Assembly (NCBI GenBank): GCA_964016885.1
Contig: OZ024740.1
Span: forward strand, 342,426,001-342,490,000
Source of the DNA: Eledone cirrhosa
Lineage: Eukaryota
Reading direction: 5' to 3'
DNA: 64,000 nucleotides
A program made the translations under genes and the position numbers. A model generated the notes under the pieces. It ran no database searches. It was not told where the DNA came from and was given only the letters and a program-made list of their open reading frames with translations. This document shows, in pieces, positions 12,440 through 25,849 of the stretch (its first letter is position 1; each line of letters begins with the position of its first letter).

Positions 12440-15267
12440 ATCATCATCATCATCATCAACGTTTAACGTCCGTGTTCCACGCTTGCCTGGGTTTGGACGG
12501 GGGTAGTCCCACTTGAGGCAAGAGTGATTGTCTTGCTCGCATAGGACTGTCTGGCGGGTTTTCCACAGTTGGATGCCCTTCCTAACACCAACCGCATTTA
12601 CAGTGTGGGTCTGGGAGGTTTTTACCGTGTTGCCTACACGGCCATATTACAGCGTGGACTGTGTGTTTTTTTTGTCGTGACACCTACACGATCTCATTTG
12701 TTTCGGCCTGGATGGCGCGGCACCAACATAACTTTACATAGAATGGGGTGGTGTGGATGGGGTGGTGGTGGTGGGACGGGGTGTATTTTGTTAGAGATGC
12801 CTACTGGCTGGAGTAGGTTTTACTATATATTTAGGTAAGGCGGGTCTTCTCTGTTACTGAGTACCGCCAAAGGTCTCGGTCCAGTGACATTGTCTTGGAG
12901 AGGTATAAGTGTGTGATGTCGGAGTTTATCAGCTCGTCCCTGGTTTTTTTAGGTCTGCCTATTCCGTGACTACCGTCTATCTTTATTGCCCTGCACTTTG
13001 TTATACAGCTATCGACTTTCATGCGCATCACGTGTCCATACCAACGTAGCCTTCTCTCGAGTAAACAACATCTGATCCCTCTTATTTCTAATTTTTTCCT
13101 TAGTTCGTTTATGCTTTGCCGTTCACGTATATTACTGTTACACATCCAGCGGAGCATGCAAGCTTCGTTCCTCTCTAGTCTGCGTATATCCTCTGCACAC
13201 AATGCCCAGGTCTCACTGCCATGCAGCATTGCTGTTCGTATGCAGGCATCGTACAACCTGCCTTTCATTTTTAGGGAGAACCCTTTAGCAGCTAATAGTG
13301 GTATAAGCTCTCTGAACTTTTTCCAACCAGTTCTGACTCTAGCTACAGTACTTTCAGAGCACCCTCCCCCACTGCTGATTTTATCGCCCAGGTAACGGAA
13401 GCTGTCCACTATTTCTATAGAACCCTCTGCGCAATTGAAAGAGCTAGTATTTTGTGGGCACTTGCTGCTACTTATTGCACCAGAACACCGGCCACATGTA
13501 AAATCTATGTTCTTAGTTAGCTTACCTGTGATCCCACTACATCTTTTATGCACCCATACTTTGCATTTAGGACATAAAATGGAGTTTCTACCTATGCCTT
13601 TCCTACACACCGAGCACGACCATTTCCCAGAAGGGACCGCCGCCTTGTTTTCTTTCCTACAAACTAGAACTTTGGTCTTAGCCAGGTTAATTTTAAGTCC
13701 TTTTGACTCTAGGCCGTGCTTCCATGTTTGGAATTTCTTCTCTAGCTCGGCCATTGATTCCGCTATGAGTGTCAGGTCGTCTGCGTATAGGAGTTCCCAT
13801 GGGCAGCCTGTCTTGAACTCCTCTGTTATAGCCTGAAGGGCAATAATAAATAGTAGGGGGCTGAGAACGGAGCCCTGATGGACGCCAACTTTTACGCTAA
13901 ACTCTTCACTATATTCGTTGTTAATTCTAACCTTGCTGACTGTTTCTTTATACATGGCTTGTATAGCCCTCACAAGCCATTCGTCAACGCCTAGTTTTCT
14001 AAGAGCCCACCAGATAATGGAGCGGGGGACTCTGTCAAAGGCTTTCTCCAAGTCGACAAAAGCTAAGTAGAGGGGTTTACCTTTAGCTAAGTACTTCTCC
14101 TGTAGTTGTCGTACTATGAAAAGAGCGTCTGTGGTACTTTTGCCTGACACAAACCCGAACTGCATTTCATCTAGGTCAATTCTCTCTCTGATTAGTTGCG
14201 CTATTACTTTTTCCGTGACCTTCATGACCTGGTCGATTAATTTAATGCCTCTATAGTTACTCCTATCTAGGGCGTCTCCTTTACCCTTATAACAGTTAAC
14301 GATGATGCTGCTATGCCAGTCCTTCGGAACAACCCCATTCTGTACGACTTGGTTAACTATGCGGGTGACCATGGTGTGTCCCACCGTGCCAGATGCCTTC
14401 AGCATCTCAGCAACTATTTCCGAAGGCCCAGCCGCCTTACCCGTCTTCATATCCTTGATTGCCTTACTTATTATACTCCCCTGGACTAACACTGCTGGTC
14501 CCTCTATTGGGTCGATATGGGGGAGACTGTCTTTCTCCCATTTATTCTCCTCATTTAGTAGCCTTTCATAGTGACACTTCCAAGCTACCTTCTTATCAGC
14601 GTCGGTGATGGCAAGTGTGCCATCGTCGTTTAGTACACACTTCTCCCCGACAATATCACGGTTTTCCTTGACGCATTGCCTAGCAATCCTGAACACCTCA
14701 CGTTTTTGGTCATCGCGTTGTAGAACATGCTTGAACTTTCTTTCCTCAGCTTCCCTTCTTGCTAAGTACACTTGTCTCCTAGCTTCCCTCCTGGCCACTT
14801 GATAGTCTTCTCTACTTCCCCCATCCCGCCATACTTTCCAAGCCTGCTTTTTGGCCTTAATTGACCCCTCCACCTTACTGTTCCACCACCATGTTACTCT
14901 CCTCCTGCCTACAGGCCTGCTCCAGCCACAGACTTCGTCTGTCGCCAACAGCAGGTTTGCTTTCAGAAATTCCCACTCTCCCTCTATATTGTCCGACTCT
15001 AAATGTTCTTCCTTACTGTCGAAAGCATCAAGTAATATGCTTTGAAATTTATTCCTGGCTGTGGGGTCCTTTAGCTTCCATATTTTTCTCCTGAGGATAG
15101 TCCTCTTCTGCTGTCGAGTACGTCTCGTCCTGACTATGAGGTCGCTAATTATCAGTCTATGTTGGGAGGTGCATTCTTCATGGGGGAGGGATTTAGTGTT
15201 TACAACAGACACTCTGTCACGTCTTCTGGTAAGGATATAATCTACCTGGCTTGTGTGTTCCCCGGAT
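12440..15267 (-). mobile_element. RTE-clade LINE, 5'-truncated, uninterrupted RT ORF (12831-15267) with PHD finger and (tga)n tail
   Basis: End of APE domain (VDYIL...SQHRLI), NYRGIKL, QFGF, FVDLEKAFDRV, GVHQGSVLSP, LYADD, RRLRWYGHVMR. Confidence 0.95.
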
Positions 15268-15283
15268 ATATATATATACATAT

Positions 15284-15793
15284 ACTGTAAATTGTGGTGT
15301 ATAAGTTGACCTAGCATACAAGTCAATACTAAGATTCTTAGCCCAATATTTTGCATTAGAATTATACCTACTGTATAAGTTGCCCCTTCCCACCAAAAAA
15401 ACTTAGATTGAGGCTATTTTTATTGGTGACTGTCTTTACTGATTCCTATAATATACATACTGTATTAAAATAAAGTATGGTTGTACAGCTTCTACAAAAT
15501 ACCAAAATAAACCATTCTCATTGATTATCTTTGTAATATTGTTCTAACTAATGACTAAAATATACATAGTGTATATTATACAGTGAAACATCTACTACAA
15601 AGTACTTCAGGAAACCTTGCTCACTGCTCCTGTCTGTCATTTGCATTAATGATGTGAACAAACAACCAGTGGTGCCACCAACAGTATGCAGCCCATTGTA
15701 AAATTTGTCTCCTATATGACCATAAAGTTGACCCATCTTTCGAAAAGATATTTCTGGCTTAAAATGTTGACTTGTATGCTACAATTTATGGTA
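15284..15793. mobile_element. Tc1/mariner-pogo type MITE
   Basis: ta-ctgtaaattgtggtgtataagttgac ... gttgacttgtatgctacaatttatgg-ta: imperfect TIRs with TA ends. Confidence 0.5.
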
Positions 15794-16538
15794 TACATAT
15801 CAATATGCATGAACAACTGTGTAGTCAGAGGCATAACTAGGGTATGGCACATGCCATGGGCACCACATGGACTAGGAGTCATCATCATCAGTACGTTCTA
15901 TTAACGTCAAATAAGTCTCGTTGGAGAGTAATAAAAGAAACTTCTTCAGATGTATGATCTGTCTCTGATTATCATGAGTGAGAAACACTATGGTGGCTGG
16001 ATCATTAAACCATTTATATAAATTATTAAGCCTATAGGTAAAAATATAGTGCTGGGTAGAGGCGCAATTTCACTGCTTGCCATAGGTGCTATCTTCCCAA
16101 TTTATGCCTCTGTGTGTAGTGTACTAGTTTGTTCGTTTGTGTGTCTCCAAACATATAAACAATTAATTAAATAAACACTATATCCTAGAACATGTAGAAA
16201 TCTCAAACACAGAAGATAATTGTAACCACAGTTAATTGCTCTAAATGAAAGCTTAGAAAATAGGGTAAAATGCACCTATAGACAGAAAAAAGTGGCCAGC
16301 AGCCGCTATGATGAATCAAACTCTGTACCTCACAGCCAGATTTTGAGAGGTAAGGAGTTCAATTTTTTGGAGTGGCTGCTGGCCACTTTTTTAACATATG
16401 TAGGTGGGGGAGGGGGGGGGGTATTTTACCCAAAACTATTATTTATTATATTCTGTGTTTGAGATTGTTACATTTCAATCTGCTCCACACTTCAATAATT
16501 TACCTTCAAAATAATATATCATTTTATTTTACATTCAG

Positions 16539-16703
16539 CTTCTTGCCCTCCTGGTAGCTATAATTCCACTACTGGCCTAAAGCCTTGTACACCATGTAAA
16601 AAATTTACTTACCAACCCAACAAACAATCAAAATTCTGTTTCAAGTGTCCAGAAAATAGTAAGAGTCGTCAAAAGGGAGCAACATCTATTCATCAATGTT
16701 TGT
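16539..16703 (+). CDS. SVEP1: SVEP1-like exon, ephrin-receptor-like repeat 3 (absent from the ORF track)
   Basis: attcAG...GTaagt, 165 nt; hand translation TSCPPGSYNSTTGLKPCTPCKKFTYQPNKQSKFCFKCPENSKSRQKGATSIHQCL. Confidence 0.9.
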
Positions 16704-17468
16704 GTAAGTAACTTTCTTTTCCCTTTTAATTACAAATTTAAACACTAAAATTATAATTTTACAGTGCCATCATCATCATTATTGGTTTTACATAAACTTT
16801 TCCATGTTGGCATGGGCTAGATGAAACTTTCTGAGGCAGTTTTTTTCTACAAGCTAATTATTCTACATGATGCTAACCCATGCTTATTTTGTAGGTGTCT
16901 TCAGAGGTATTTTTATGCAGGACAGGACATAAACAAACATTACCACATGCTTTAAACATTGATATGAAGGTACCTGTGGTAAACTGACTCTCATACACAC
17001 TTATGTGTATAGTAAGAATGGTGTTCTTATAAAGAATGAGAAGGAACCACAGTAAGATATTCAATATATCAGAAAGTATATGTTATTTAATTTCATTGGG
17101 AAGTGGCTTTTATAGGATCAATTCTGTTTCCCTCAGTGATGAAATTGTTCACCAGATGAAATAGAATCAGACTTGTAAAAGTTGAAATAACATGCATAGC
17201 AGTAACGATGTTGGACGATCATAATGTCATGGGTTCAATCCTTGATCTAGGTGGTGTGTTGTGTTCTTGAGCAAGACACTTCATTTCATATTGCTCCGAT
17301 CAAATCAGCTAAAAATAAGTATCACCACCAGCAGCAGCAAATGGGAGTTAAACCTGTGCTGTCCAAGAATGAGTCATGTACTTTCAGTCACCTTACACCA
17401 ATGAAACCAAGAAAAACTCTGGCATAATGAGCATCTGGGATTGTGAGAAGCTTCAACTTTTTTAAGTA

Positions 17469-17654
17469 CAGTGAAATTCCGTTATAAAGAAATTCACGGG
17501 GTATAAAAAAAATTTGTTGTAACAAAACATTCTTTATAACAAGATTGACAGAAACAAATTAAGCGTTTGTTTGTTGTTACCTCGGGGATTGAAAAACTTT
17601 TGTTATACTGAAAAATTTGTTATAATTGTATTCGTTATAAATGAATTTTACCTG
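17469..17654. mobile_element. Tigger/pogo-like MITE
   Basis: TA|cagtgaaattccgttataa ... ttataaatgaattttacctg|TA. Confidence 0.6.
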
Positions 17655-17733
17655 TATCAATTCAAGTCAATATTTCCTTATGAGAATCTTTAACTAGGAA
17701 TAATTTAACTGTATTTTCTTTTTCATTCTACAG

Positions 17734-17967
17734 ATAAAGACCATTGTAAATTATATGGAAGATCTACATCATCCTCATCTGTATGTTTGAACAATGGTAC
17801 TTGTCACAATAACTATAACAATTTTACCTGTGAATGTTTAGAAGGATTTGAAGGTAGTCAGTGTGAAATAAATATTAATGAATGTCTGAACAATACATGT
17901 TACAATGGAGGGACCTGTTATGATGGAATTGCTTCATTTACATGTAAATGTCGTCCAGGCTACACAG
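17734..17967 (+). CDS. SVEP1: SVEP1-like exon, EGF domains 1-2
   Basis: ctacAG...GTatgt; CLNNGTCHNNYNNFTCECLEGFEGSQCEININECLNNTCYNGGTC. Confidence 0.92.
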
Positions 17968-18419
17968 GTATGTACAGTTGTCATCATCATCACCGTTTTA
18001 CGTCCGTTCTTCCATGCTAGCATGGGTTAGATGGGTTGTCCTGTTGTGAGCAGTGTCCAGTCGGCTGACCATGCCTTGCTCATACAGGAACTGATTCTGG
18101 CTTGATTTCTACAGCTGGATGCCCTTCCTAACACCAACCTCATTTACAGTGAGAGCTGTGTGCTTTTTTTCATGGCGCTTACATGTCCACTTTACAGTGT
18201 GGGCTGGGTGCTTTTTTGCCGTGGCACCTCCACGACCACTTTGCAATGGGAGGGGATGGGGGCATATTGTTTATATGCTTCAGCTTCGACTTGTACCCGT
18301 GGGGGGGGTCGGGTCTTCTGTATTACTGCGTGACGCCAGAGGTCACGGTCGTGTGTCATCGCCTAAGTACTATCTTTTGTATTTCTTCTATATGCGGGTT
18401 TCCTGGGATTTGGGATAGG

Positions 18420-18845
18420 TAATCATTATACCGCTTAGGTATCATTCCTAGAGCACCTACAACCACTGGTATTATTTTAATTCTCAACTTCCACATTTTT
18501 CCAATCTCTATCTCCAGGCCTTTATACTTGCTCAATTTTTCAAATGTTTTATAGATACATTCTTGTCTATTGGAACGGACATATCAATTAGCAGGCATAC
18601 TCTCTTTTTAAAGTCCTTCAGTATTATATCAGGTCTATTTGCATCTATTTGTCGGTTTGTTTGGATGCCAAAGTTCCACAAGATTGAGATGTAATCTTTT
18701 TCAAGTACGGGAGGTAGTTGATGCTCCCACCAATTCTTTTGATGGGGCGGGTCAAAATGCTTACATATTACCCAGTGTATGTATTGTGCAGCTCTGTCGT
18801 GCCTGTTTAGGTATTTGGTTGGAGTTATAGGACTGCACATTGAAA
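18420..18845 (-). mobile_element. RLE-type non-LTR retrotransposon fragment (R4/Dong-like)
   Basis: C...YLNRHDRAAQYIHW...LWNF.IQT...ANRPDII...LIDMSVP; adjacent to (taa)n. Confidence 0.75.
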
Positions 18846-19273
18846 TTATATATTATTATTATTATTATTATTGTTGTTGTTGTTGATGTTGTTTCCCCCC
18901 ACTCCCCCAGGATTGATCATAATTCCTGGTTTAGTCAAGATAGTGGACCACATTCAGTGATCTGAGGTATCATGACATTGTTTCCTTCTTTTCAGTTTGT
19001 ATTCAATACTTTTTGTATTATCCTAGCCATTCCAAGCAAACAACATTTCTGTAACATTTCTACTGTCAGATTGTGGTCCACAAGATTTCCTTTAATTTAG
19101 CCTTAAAACGCTTATTGTTGTTATTATATAGATTAAAGACTGATACCAAAATATTATATACATAAATGGGATGCAATTTATCTACCACTGCAACTTATAT
19201 ATAGTATATCTGATCAAGTAACATGACCACCTTCTTATTTCCTAATACTATTTTTATCTCTACCCTTTATTAG

Positions 19274-19501
19274 GTCCTCTGTGTGAGCAGGAGATCAATG
19301 AATGTGACTCTTCTCCTTGTCAAAATAGTGGATCATGTGAAGACCAGTTAAATGGTTTTAAGTGTTATTGCACACAGCATTATAGTGGCAAATATTGTGA
19401 AAATGAATTTAGTTACTGCCATTCTTCTCCTTGTTCCAACCATGGAGTTTGTGAACATCTGGGACATACTTTTCGCTGTCATTGTGATCCTGGATTTACA
19501 G
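19274..19501 (+). CDS. SVEP1: SVEP1-like exon, EGF domains 3-4
   Basis: tattAG...GTgaga; hand translation GPLCEQEINECDSSPCQNSGSCEDQLNGFKCYC...CHSSPCSNHGVC...CDPGFT. Confidence 0.92.
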
Positions 19502-19649
19502 GTGAGAATATATCTAGTTTACCTTATAAAATGTGATTATATCATCTTTATTCTATATTATATCATATATTCTATATTATATCTTTGCTTATTTCTATGC
19601 ACTTTTTACATACATACATACATAAATATATACATACATACATATATAC

Positions 19650-19680
<31 letters not shown>

Positions 19681-19728
19681 GTTGACAGCTGAGAGAAAAG
19701 AGTACTCAATACTGAAGTAGAGTTTTAA

Positions 19729-19994
<266 letters not shown>

Positions 19995-20038
19995 CATATA
20001 CATATATATATATATATATACATACATATACTATACAG

Positions 20039-20071
<33 letters not shown>

Positions 20072-21899
20072 GTTTCTGAATTTGTTTAGCAAGATTCTTT
20101 ATCTGAAAACGTGTGTTGAAACCGATATTGTTATACTTTGGGAGGGTCATGTTGCCAATAAGAAATACACGCACCAGTTGCTTTCACTTCAATTTATTAT
20201 AAATTAAATTTATAAATTTCCGGTTGGTCGGTTGGTTCCACAACCGGACGGTTGTTCATATATTGTCAAAGTTCTTTCATCACACATTCTGTGACCTCTT
20301 CAGTGACTGGGGATTCTTTTCTTTGTTTTTGTGCCTCTCCTTTGTTCTGTCCTATGCCATCTTGTTTTTGTGTGTGTTGTGTGCTTAGTTTGCGCATGTG
20401 TTACATCCGGGTGTCTATGTGTGTTTATATTTGTTTATTTATTTGTTTATTTACATGTTACCGGTTGGTTGTTTGTTCTATGTGTGTGTGTTTTTTCATT
20501 TTGTCCTTAATTGTAAGTTGTGATGTTGCTATTCTGTTCATGTTTTCTATTTAATTTTGGTTGGAGTTCATTTATGTTTATTGCCTCTGTGATTTGTCTA
20601 AACATTGTGTCTTTTCTGTGTGTAGATTCTATTTTTATTTCTATGTTCTCTAATTTGCCCTTATGTTCTAGTTTAGCATGTTGGTGGAGTACAGATGATT
20701 CTTTTCTATCTTGAAGCTCTCGCCAGTGTTCATCTAACCGTTCACCTATGTACACTATATTCTTATCTCTATATTGTCCTTCAGTACATCTTATGCTATA
20801 TACTACATTTCTAGTTTTACAGTTAATATGGGGGCCTGCCCCTTGTATAGGAGCAAATTTTGGAAAAGAATAGAAAGAACTAGGAATAAGGTGAATAGAA
20901 TAAACTCATGGTATGATAGCAATAAATACCAGAGTGTAATGTTCATCAATACAACCCCTAGAGGTGAATTAGCTTACAAATTTAGAAGGGCCCTAGATAA
21001 ACATAAACTTAATATTAAGATAGTAGAAAGATCAGGTACCTCCATAAAAACACTTATTAGCAATACATACCCTTTTCAAAGACCTCCCTGTATAGATAAG
21101 AAATGTATAATCTGTAAACTAAGCCCCCATATTAACTGTAAAACTAGAAATGTAGTATATTGCATAAGATGTACTGAAGGACAATGTAGAGATAAGAATA
21201 TAGTGTACATAGGTGAGACAGCTCGTAGTATAGGGGAACGGTTAAATGAACACTGGCGAGAGCTTCAAGATAGAAAAGAATCATCTGTACTCCACCAACA
21301 TGCTAAAATAGAACATAAGGGCAAATTAGAGAACATAGAAATAAAAATAGAATCTACACACAGAAAAGACGCAATGTTTAGACAAATCAGAGGCAATAAA
21401 CATAAATGAACTCCAACCAAAATTAAATAGAAAACATGAATGGAATAGCAACATCACAACTTACAATTAAGGACAAAATGAAAACACACACACATAGAAC
21501 AAACAACCAACCGGTAACATGTAAATAAACAAATATAAGCACACACAGACACCCAGATGTAACACACCCAAAAACAAGATGGCGTAAGACAGAACAAAGG
21601 AGAGGCACAAAAACAAAGAAAAGAATCCCCAGTCACTGAAGAGGTCACAGAATGTGTGACGAAAGAACTTTGACAGTATATGAACAACCGTCTGGTTGTG
21701 GAACCAACCAACCTGCCGGAAATTTATAAATTTATAAATTTATAAATTTAAAAATTTATAAATTTAATTTATAATAAATTGGAGTGAAAGAAACTGGTGC
21801 GTGTGTTTCTTATTGGCAACATGACCCTCCCAAAGCATAACAATATCGGTTTCAACACACGTTTTCAGATAAAGAATCTTGCTAAACAAATTCAGAAAC
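20072..21899 (+). mobile_element. Penelope-like element remnant (GIY-YIG end) with inverted arm
   Basis: ORF 20774-21409 with CKTRNVVYCIRC...YIGETARSIGERLNEH; 20072-20834 is an inverted copy of about 21125-21899; (TA)n on both flanks. Confidence 0.9.
21632..21674 (+). ncRNA. minimal type-I hammerhead ribozyme (inverted copy at 20265-20307)
   Basis: gtca CTGAAGA g gtcaca gaatg tgtgac GAAAG aa CTT tgac: stems I-III and core all present. Confidence 0.8.
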
Positions 21900-23449
21900 C
21901 AAATATATATATATATATAAGAGGGTGTTAAAGTTTGCTTGAAGCATTGTGAAATGTGTAAAAATACGTATTTAAGAAAGCCACAACAATGCAAAGGGAA
22001 ATCTCGAGGTAGGAAGTGAAATATAGATAGGAAAAACAGGTGAAAGTGAAAGTTGAGAGAGACAAAGATGAAAACAAAACAAAGGTAGAAGGGTTACCGT
22101 AGTAGAGATTTTAATCCCAATATTTCGGGCTCACGCCCATCAACGGGGGAAAAGTTCCAAAAGGGGGGAAAACAGGCCAAGCGGAGAAAGTGTTGATGTC
22201 GTTAAGACAGGAATGCCGTTATGGGGAGAAAAATATTTAAAATTTACACGAGGGAGAGAATGCGCGTGCGCGTGATAAGCTGTGGCAAAAGCTACTGACC
22301 AAATGGGTTAAATCAAGAGGGTGCGTTAGCGTGTGAAAGCCTTAAGATATGTGTATGTAAATATATATGTGTGTGTGACTGTGTGTGTATAGGTGTGAGT
22401 GTGTATATGTGTGAGTGTGTGTGTGTGTGAAAGGTAGTGGGCTGTAGAAGTTGGAAATCAAAGGGTGTGAAAGGTGGTAGGTTGTAAAATATGTGTGCGT
22501 GTATAAATATAGAAGTGTGTGTGTGTAAGCGTATGGGTATACATGTGTGTGTGTAACTGTGTATGTATATGTGTGAGTGCGTTTGTGTGTGAAAGATAGT
22601 GGGCTGTAGAAGCTGGAAATCAAAGGGTGTGAAAGGTGGTAGGTTGTAAAAACATGTGTGCGTGTAAAATATAGAAGTGTGTGTGCATGCGTATGGGTAT
22701 GCATATACGTGCGTGTGTGTGAATATAACAGGCCGTAGGCTGTGAATGGTCATTATGGTTAAATTAGCCATGTCAGCTCATTTCTCTCGGCCCGGTTGTT
22801 AAGTGGGGGTCTGAGGTTCTTAATAACAAGTGCTTCCTTTATCCTTAAGGATCCGATGCTGCGTTCAGTCGCTAGGACTGTGACCAAGGGTCTACCCTGT
22901 GGGTTTCCGCATTTGAGGATATGTTTACGGAAGGAAGATGCGTTGGTGTTGATATGTTCCTTGATACGAACGTGTAGGGGTCGGATGGTGCTACCTATGT
23001 AAAACTTGTTACATTTATCGCATTGAATCTTATATACGACATAGGTGCGTAGGCAATCTGCCCCCCGTATCGGGCAGTTGCTGAGGGAACAAGTCCTATC
23101 TGCCTCGTAGGGTTTGTTGGAGAGGCATCTTCGCAGCGAAGGTCCTGTGTGGGCCAAATGTATGTCAAGTCCCTCCGTACGTATGGCCCTGCGGATGGCG
23201 TTCGTGGTACATTCACTCAGGTGGGGGATTTTAAAGAAGCACCTGCTAATATTAAGTTTTCTAGTGGGTGTCGGTCTACTGGGTCTGGGGTCTCTAATTC
23301 CGTTAATCAGTCGCTTGGGATAACCATTAGATCTGAGTAGATTACGGAATTGCGTGGTATGGGTGAGACCACCCATCGGGTCGCTGCATCTGTTAGTGAT
23401 CCGTGTCAGTTCATTTAGGACATAGCCTCTCTTAGCGTTGTTGGGGAGG

Positions 23450-25240
23450 TTGAAACATTCTATCTCTAACATCCTTTCCCAACACACACACACACACAAC
23501 AAACGCAACCTCACCAATGCACAATTTAATACTCTCACCAACCTAAGATCCAGGAACCTTGTGTACCTTCCCTCTGACAAGGGGAAAGAATTCTGTGTCA
23601 TCTCGAGAGAGACCTACAACAACTTAGCTCTCCAACATCTTAATGACCACAGCCTCTACTCCAAAGTCACAGGGACCTCCTCGACTCTAATCGAGGAAGG
23701 CATTAACACCATATGGACTAACATCTGTGTCCAACGAAAACTGCCAAAGAAGGTAAAAAACAACATAATGACTCGAAACAGCAAATTACCCACCTTCTAC
23801 CACTTGGTCAAAACACATAAACAAGGACCCGATTTGAAAATCAGGCCCATTGTCTCTAGCGTGGAGGGCCCACTCTATAAAATATCGTGGCTGCTCTCCA
23901 CACTACTGAAACCTATTCTACACACACTACCAGCCCACGTCTGCAGCTCAATGGAAGTCTTGGAGCGACTACACCATCTGGCGCCCAACACCAGAAAGGA
24001 CAACGGTTATGCCTTCAGTCTTGATGTGGTCTCCCTTTATACCTCCGTACCAGCATCCCCAGCTGTCGACCTGTTGACCGAACGAGTCCGAGCATCTAAC
24101 CTACACTGCTTCGGACTCACACACACGGACATCCACCAACTCCTCTCCTTCGTTGTGGATAATGCACTCTTCAATTTCCTTGGCCACACGTACAAACAAA
24201 TCTCTGGGCTACCTATGGGCTCTAGTCTGTCCGGCATACTTGCGATCTCGTACATGGACCACCTGGAGCGCAAGGCACTCAATACCTGCCAACCCAACGC
24301 CGTCGCCTTCTACTCCAGATACGTTGATGATATCCTGATACTGACTTCTTCCCGGGAGATGGCGAATGAAATTCACCAAATCTTCAACGATACTGACCAA
24401 CACATCGATTTCACCATCGAACACCCGGAAGAAGACGGGTCACTCGCCCTCCTCGACTTCCGTATCAACATCTCGGAACATGGAGACATAAACACCACTT
24501 TCTACCGCAAAGCAGCGTGCAAGGACCTATTTGTGCATTATAACTCAGCCCTCCCCAACAACGCTAAGAGAGGCTATGTCCTAAATGAACTGACACGGAT
24601 CACTAACAGATGCAGCGACCCGATGGGTGGTCTCACCCATACCACGCAATTCCGTAATCTACTCAGATCTAATGGTTATCCCAAGCGACTGATTAACGGA
24701 ATTAGAGACCCCAGACCCAGTAGACCGACACCCACTAGAAAACTTAATATTAGCAGGTGCTTCTTTAAAATCCCCCACCTGAGTGAATGTACCACGAACG
24801 CCATCCGCAGGGCCATACGTACGGAGGGACTTGACATACATTTGGCCCACACAGGACCTTCGCTGCGAAGATGCCTCTCCAACAAACCCTACGAGGCAGA
24901 TAGGACTTGTTCCCTCAGCAACTGCCCGATACGGGGGGCAGATTGCCTACGCACCTATGTCGTATATAAGATTCAATGCGATAAATGTAACAAGTTTTAC
25001 ATAGGTAGCACCATCCGACCCCTACACGTTCGTATCAAGGAACATATCAACACCAACGCATCTTCCTTCCGTAAACATATCCTCAAATGCGGAAACCCAC
25101 AGGGTAGACCCTTGGTCACAGTCCTAGCGACTGAACGCAGCATCGGATCCTTAAGGATAAAGGAAGCACTTGTTATTAAGAACCTCAGACCCCCACTTAA
25201 CAACCGGGCCGAGAGAAATGAGCTGACATGGCTAATTTAA
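23450..25240 (+). CDS. Penelope-like RT + GIY-YIG endonuclease, 5'-truncated but uninterrupted
   Basis: PSDKG, LVKTHK..IRPIVS, SLDVVSLYT, QISGLPMGS, RYVDD, VVYKIQC..C..FYIGST.R.L..RIKEH, IKEALVIK..P.LN. Confidence 0.93.
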   Translation: MKHSISNILSQHTHTHNKRNLTNAQFNTLTNLRSRNLVYLPSDKGKEFCVISRETYNNLALQHLNDHSLYSKVTGTSSTLIEEGINTIWTNICVQRKLPKKVKNNIMTRNSKLPTFYHLVKTHKQGPDLKIRPIVSSVEGPLYKISWLLSTLLKPILHTLPAHVCSSMEVLERLHHLAPNTRKDNGYAFSLDVVSLYTSVPASPAVDLLTERVRASNLHCFGLTHTDIHQLLSFVVDNALFNFLGHTYKQISGLPMGSSLSGILAISYMDHLERKALNTCQPNAVAFYSRYVDDILILTSSREMANEIHQIFNDTDQHIDFTIEHPEEDGSLALLDFRINISEHGDINTTFYRKAACKDLFVHYNSALPNNAKRGYVLNELTRITNRCSDPMGGLTHTTQFRNLLRSNGYPKRLINGIRDPRPSRPTPTRKLNISRCFFKIPHLSECTTNAIRRAIRTEGLDIHLAHTGPSLRRCLSNKPYEADRTCSLSNCPIRGADCLRTYVVYKIQCDKCNKFYIGSTIRPLHVRIKEHINTNASSFRKHILKCGNPQGRPLVTVLATERSIGSLRIKEALVIKNLRPPLNNRAERNELTWLI

Positions 25241-25849
25241 CCATAATGACCATTCACAGCCTACGGCCTGTTATATTCACACACACGCACGTATATGCAT
25301 ACCCATACGCATGCACACACACTTCTATATTTTACACGCACACATGTTTTTTACAACCTACCACCTTTCACACCCTTTGATTTCCAGCTTCTACAGCCCA
25401 CTATCTTTCACACACAAACGCACTCACACATATACATACACAGTTACACACACACATGTATACCCATACGCTTACACACACACACTTCTATATTTATACA
25501 CGCACACATATTTTACAACCTACCACCTTTCACACCCTTTGATTTCCAACTTCTACAGCCCACTACCTTTCACACACACACACACTCACACATATACACA
25601 CTCACACCTATACACACACAGTCACACACACATATATATTTACATACACATATCTTAAGGCTTTCACACGCTAACGCACCCTCTTGATTTAACCCATTTG
25701 GTCAGTAGCTTTTGCCACAGCTTATCACGCGCACGCGCATTCTCTCCCTCGTGTAAATTTTAAATATTTTTCTCCCCATAACGGCATTCCTGTCTTAACG
25801 ACATCAACACTTTCTCCGCTTGGCCTGTTTTCCCCCCTTTTGGAACTTT

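Noticed and set aside
15268-15356. N-terminus of the 841-aa ORF as a true start or signal peptide
   Set aside because: LINE homology stops at about 15267; upstream codons come from (TA)n and an unrelated MITE.
20100-20130. CTGAAAA...GAAAC as another hammerhead
   Set aside because: C3/A8 mismatch and no consistent stems I and III.
22759-23601. Independent 280-aa GIY-YIG gene on the minus strand
   Set aside because: It is the inverted copy of the PLE 3' end; its N-terminus is antisense read-through across the inversion junction.
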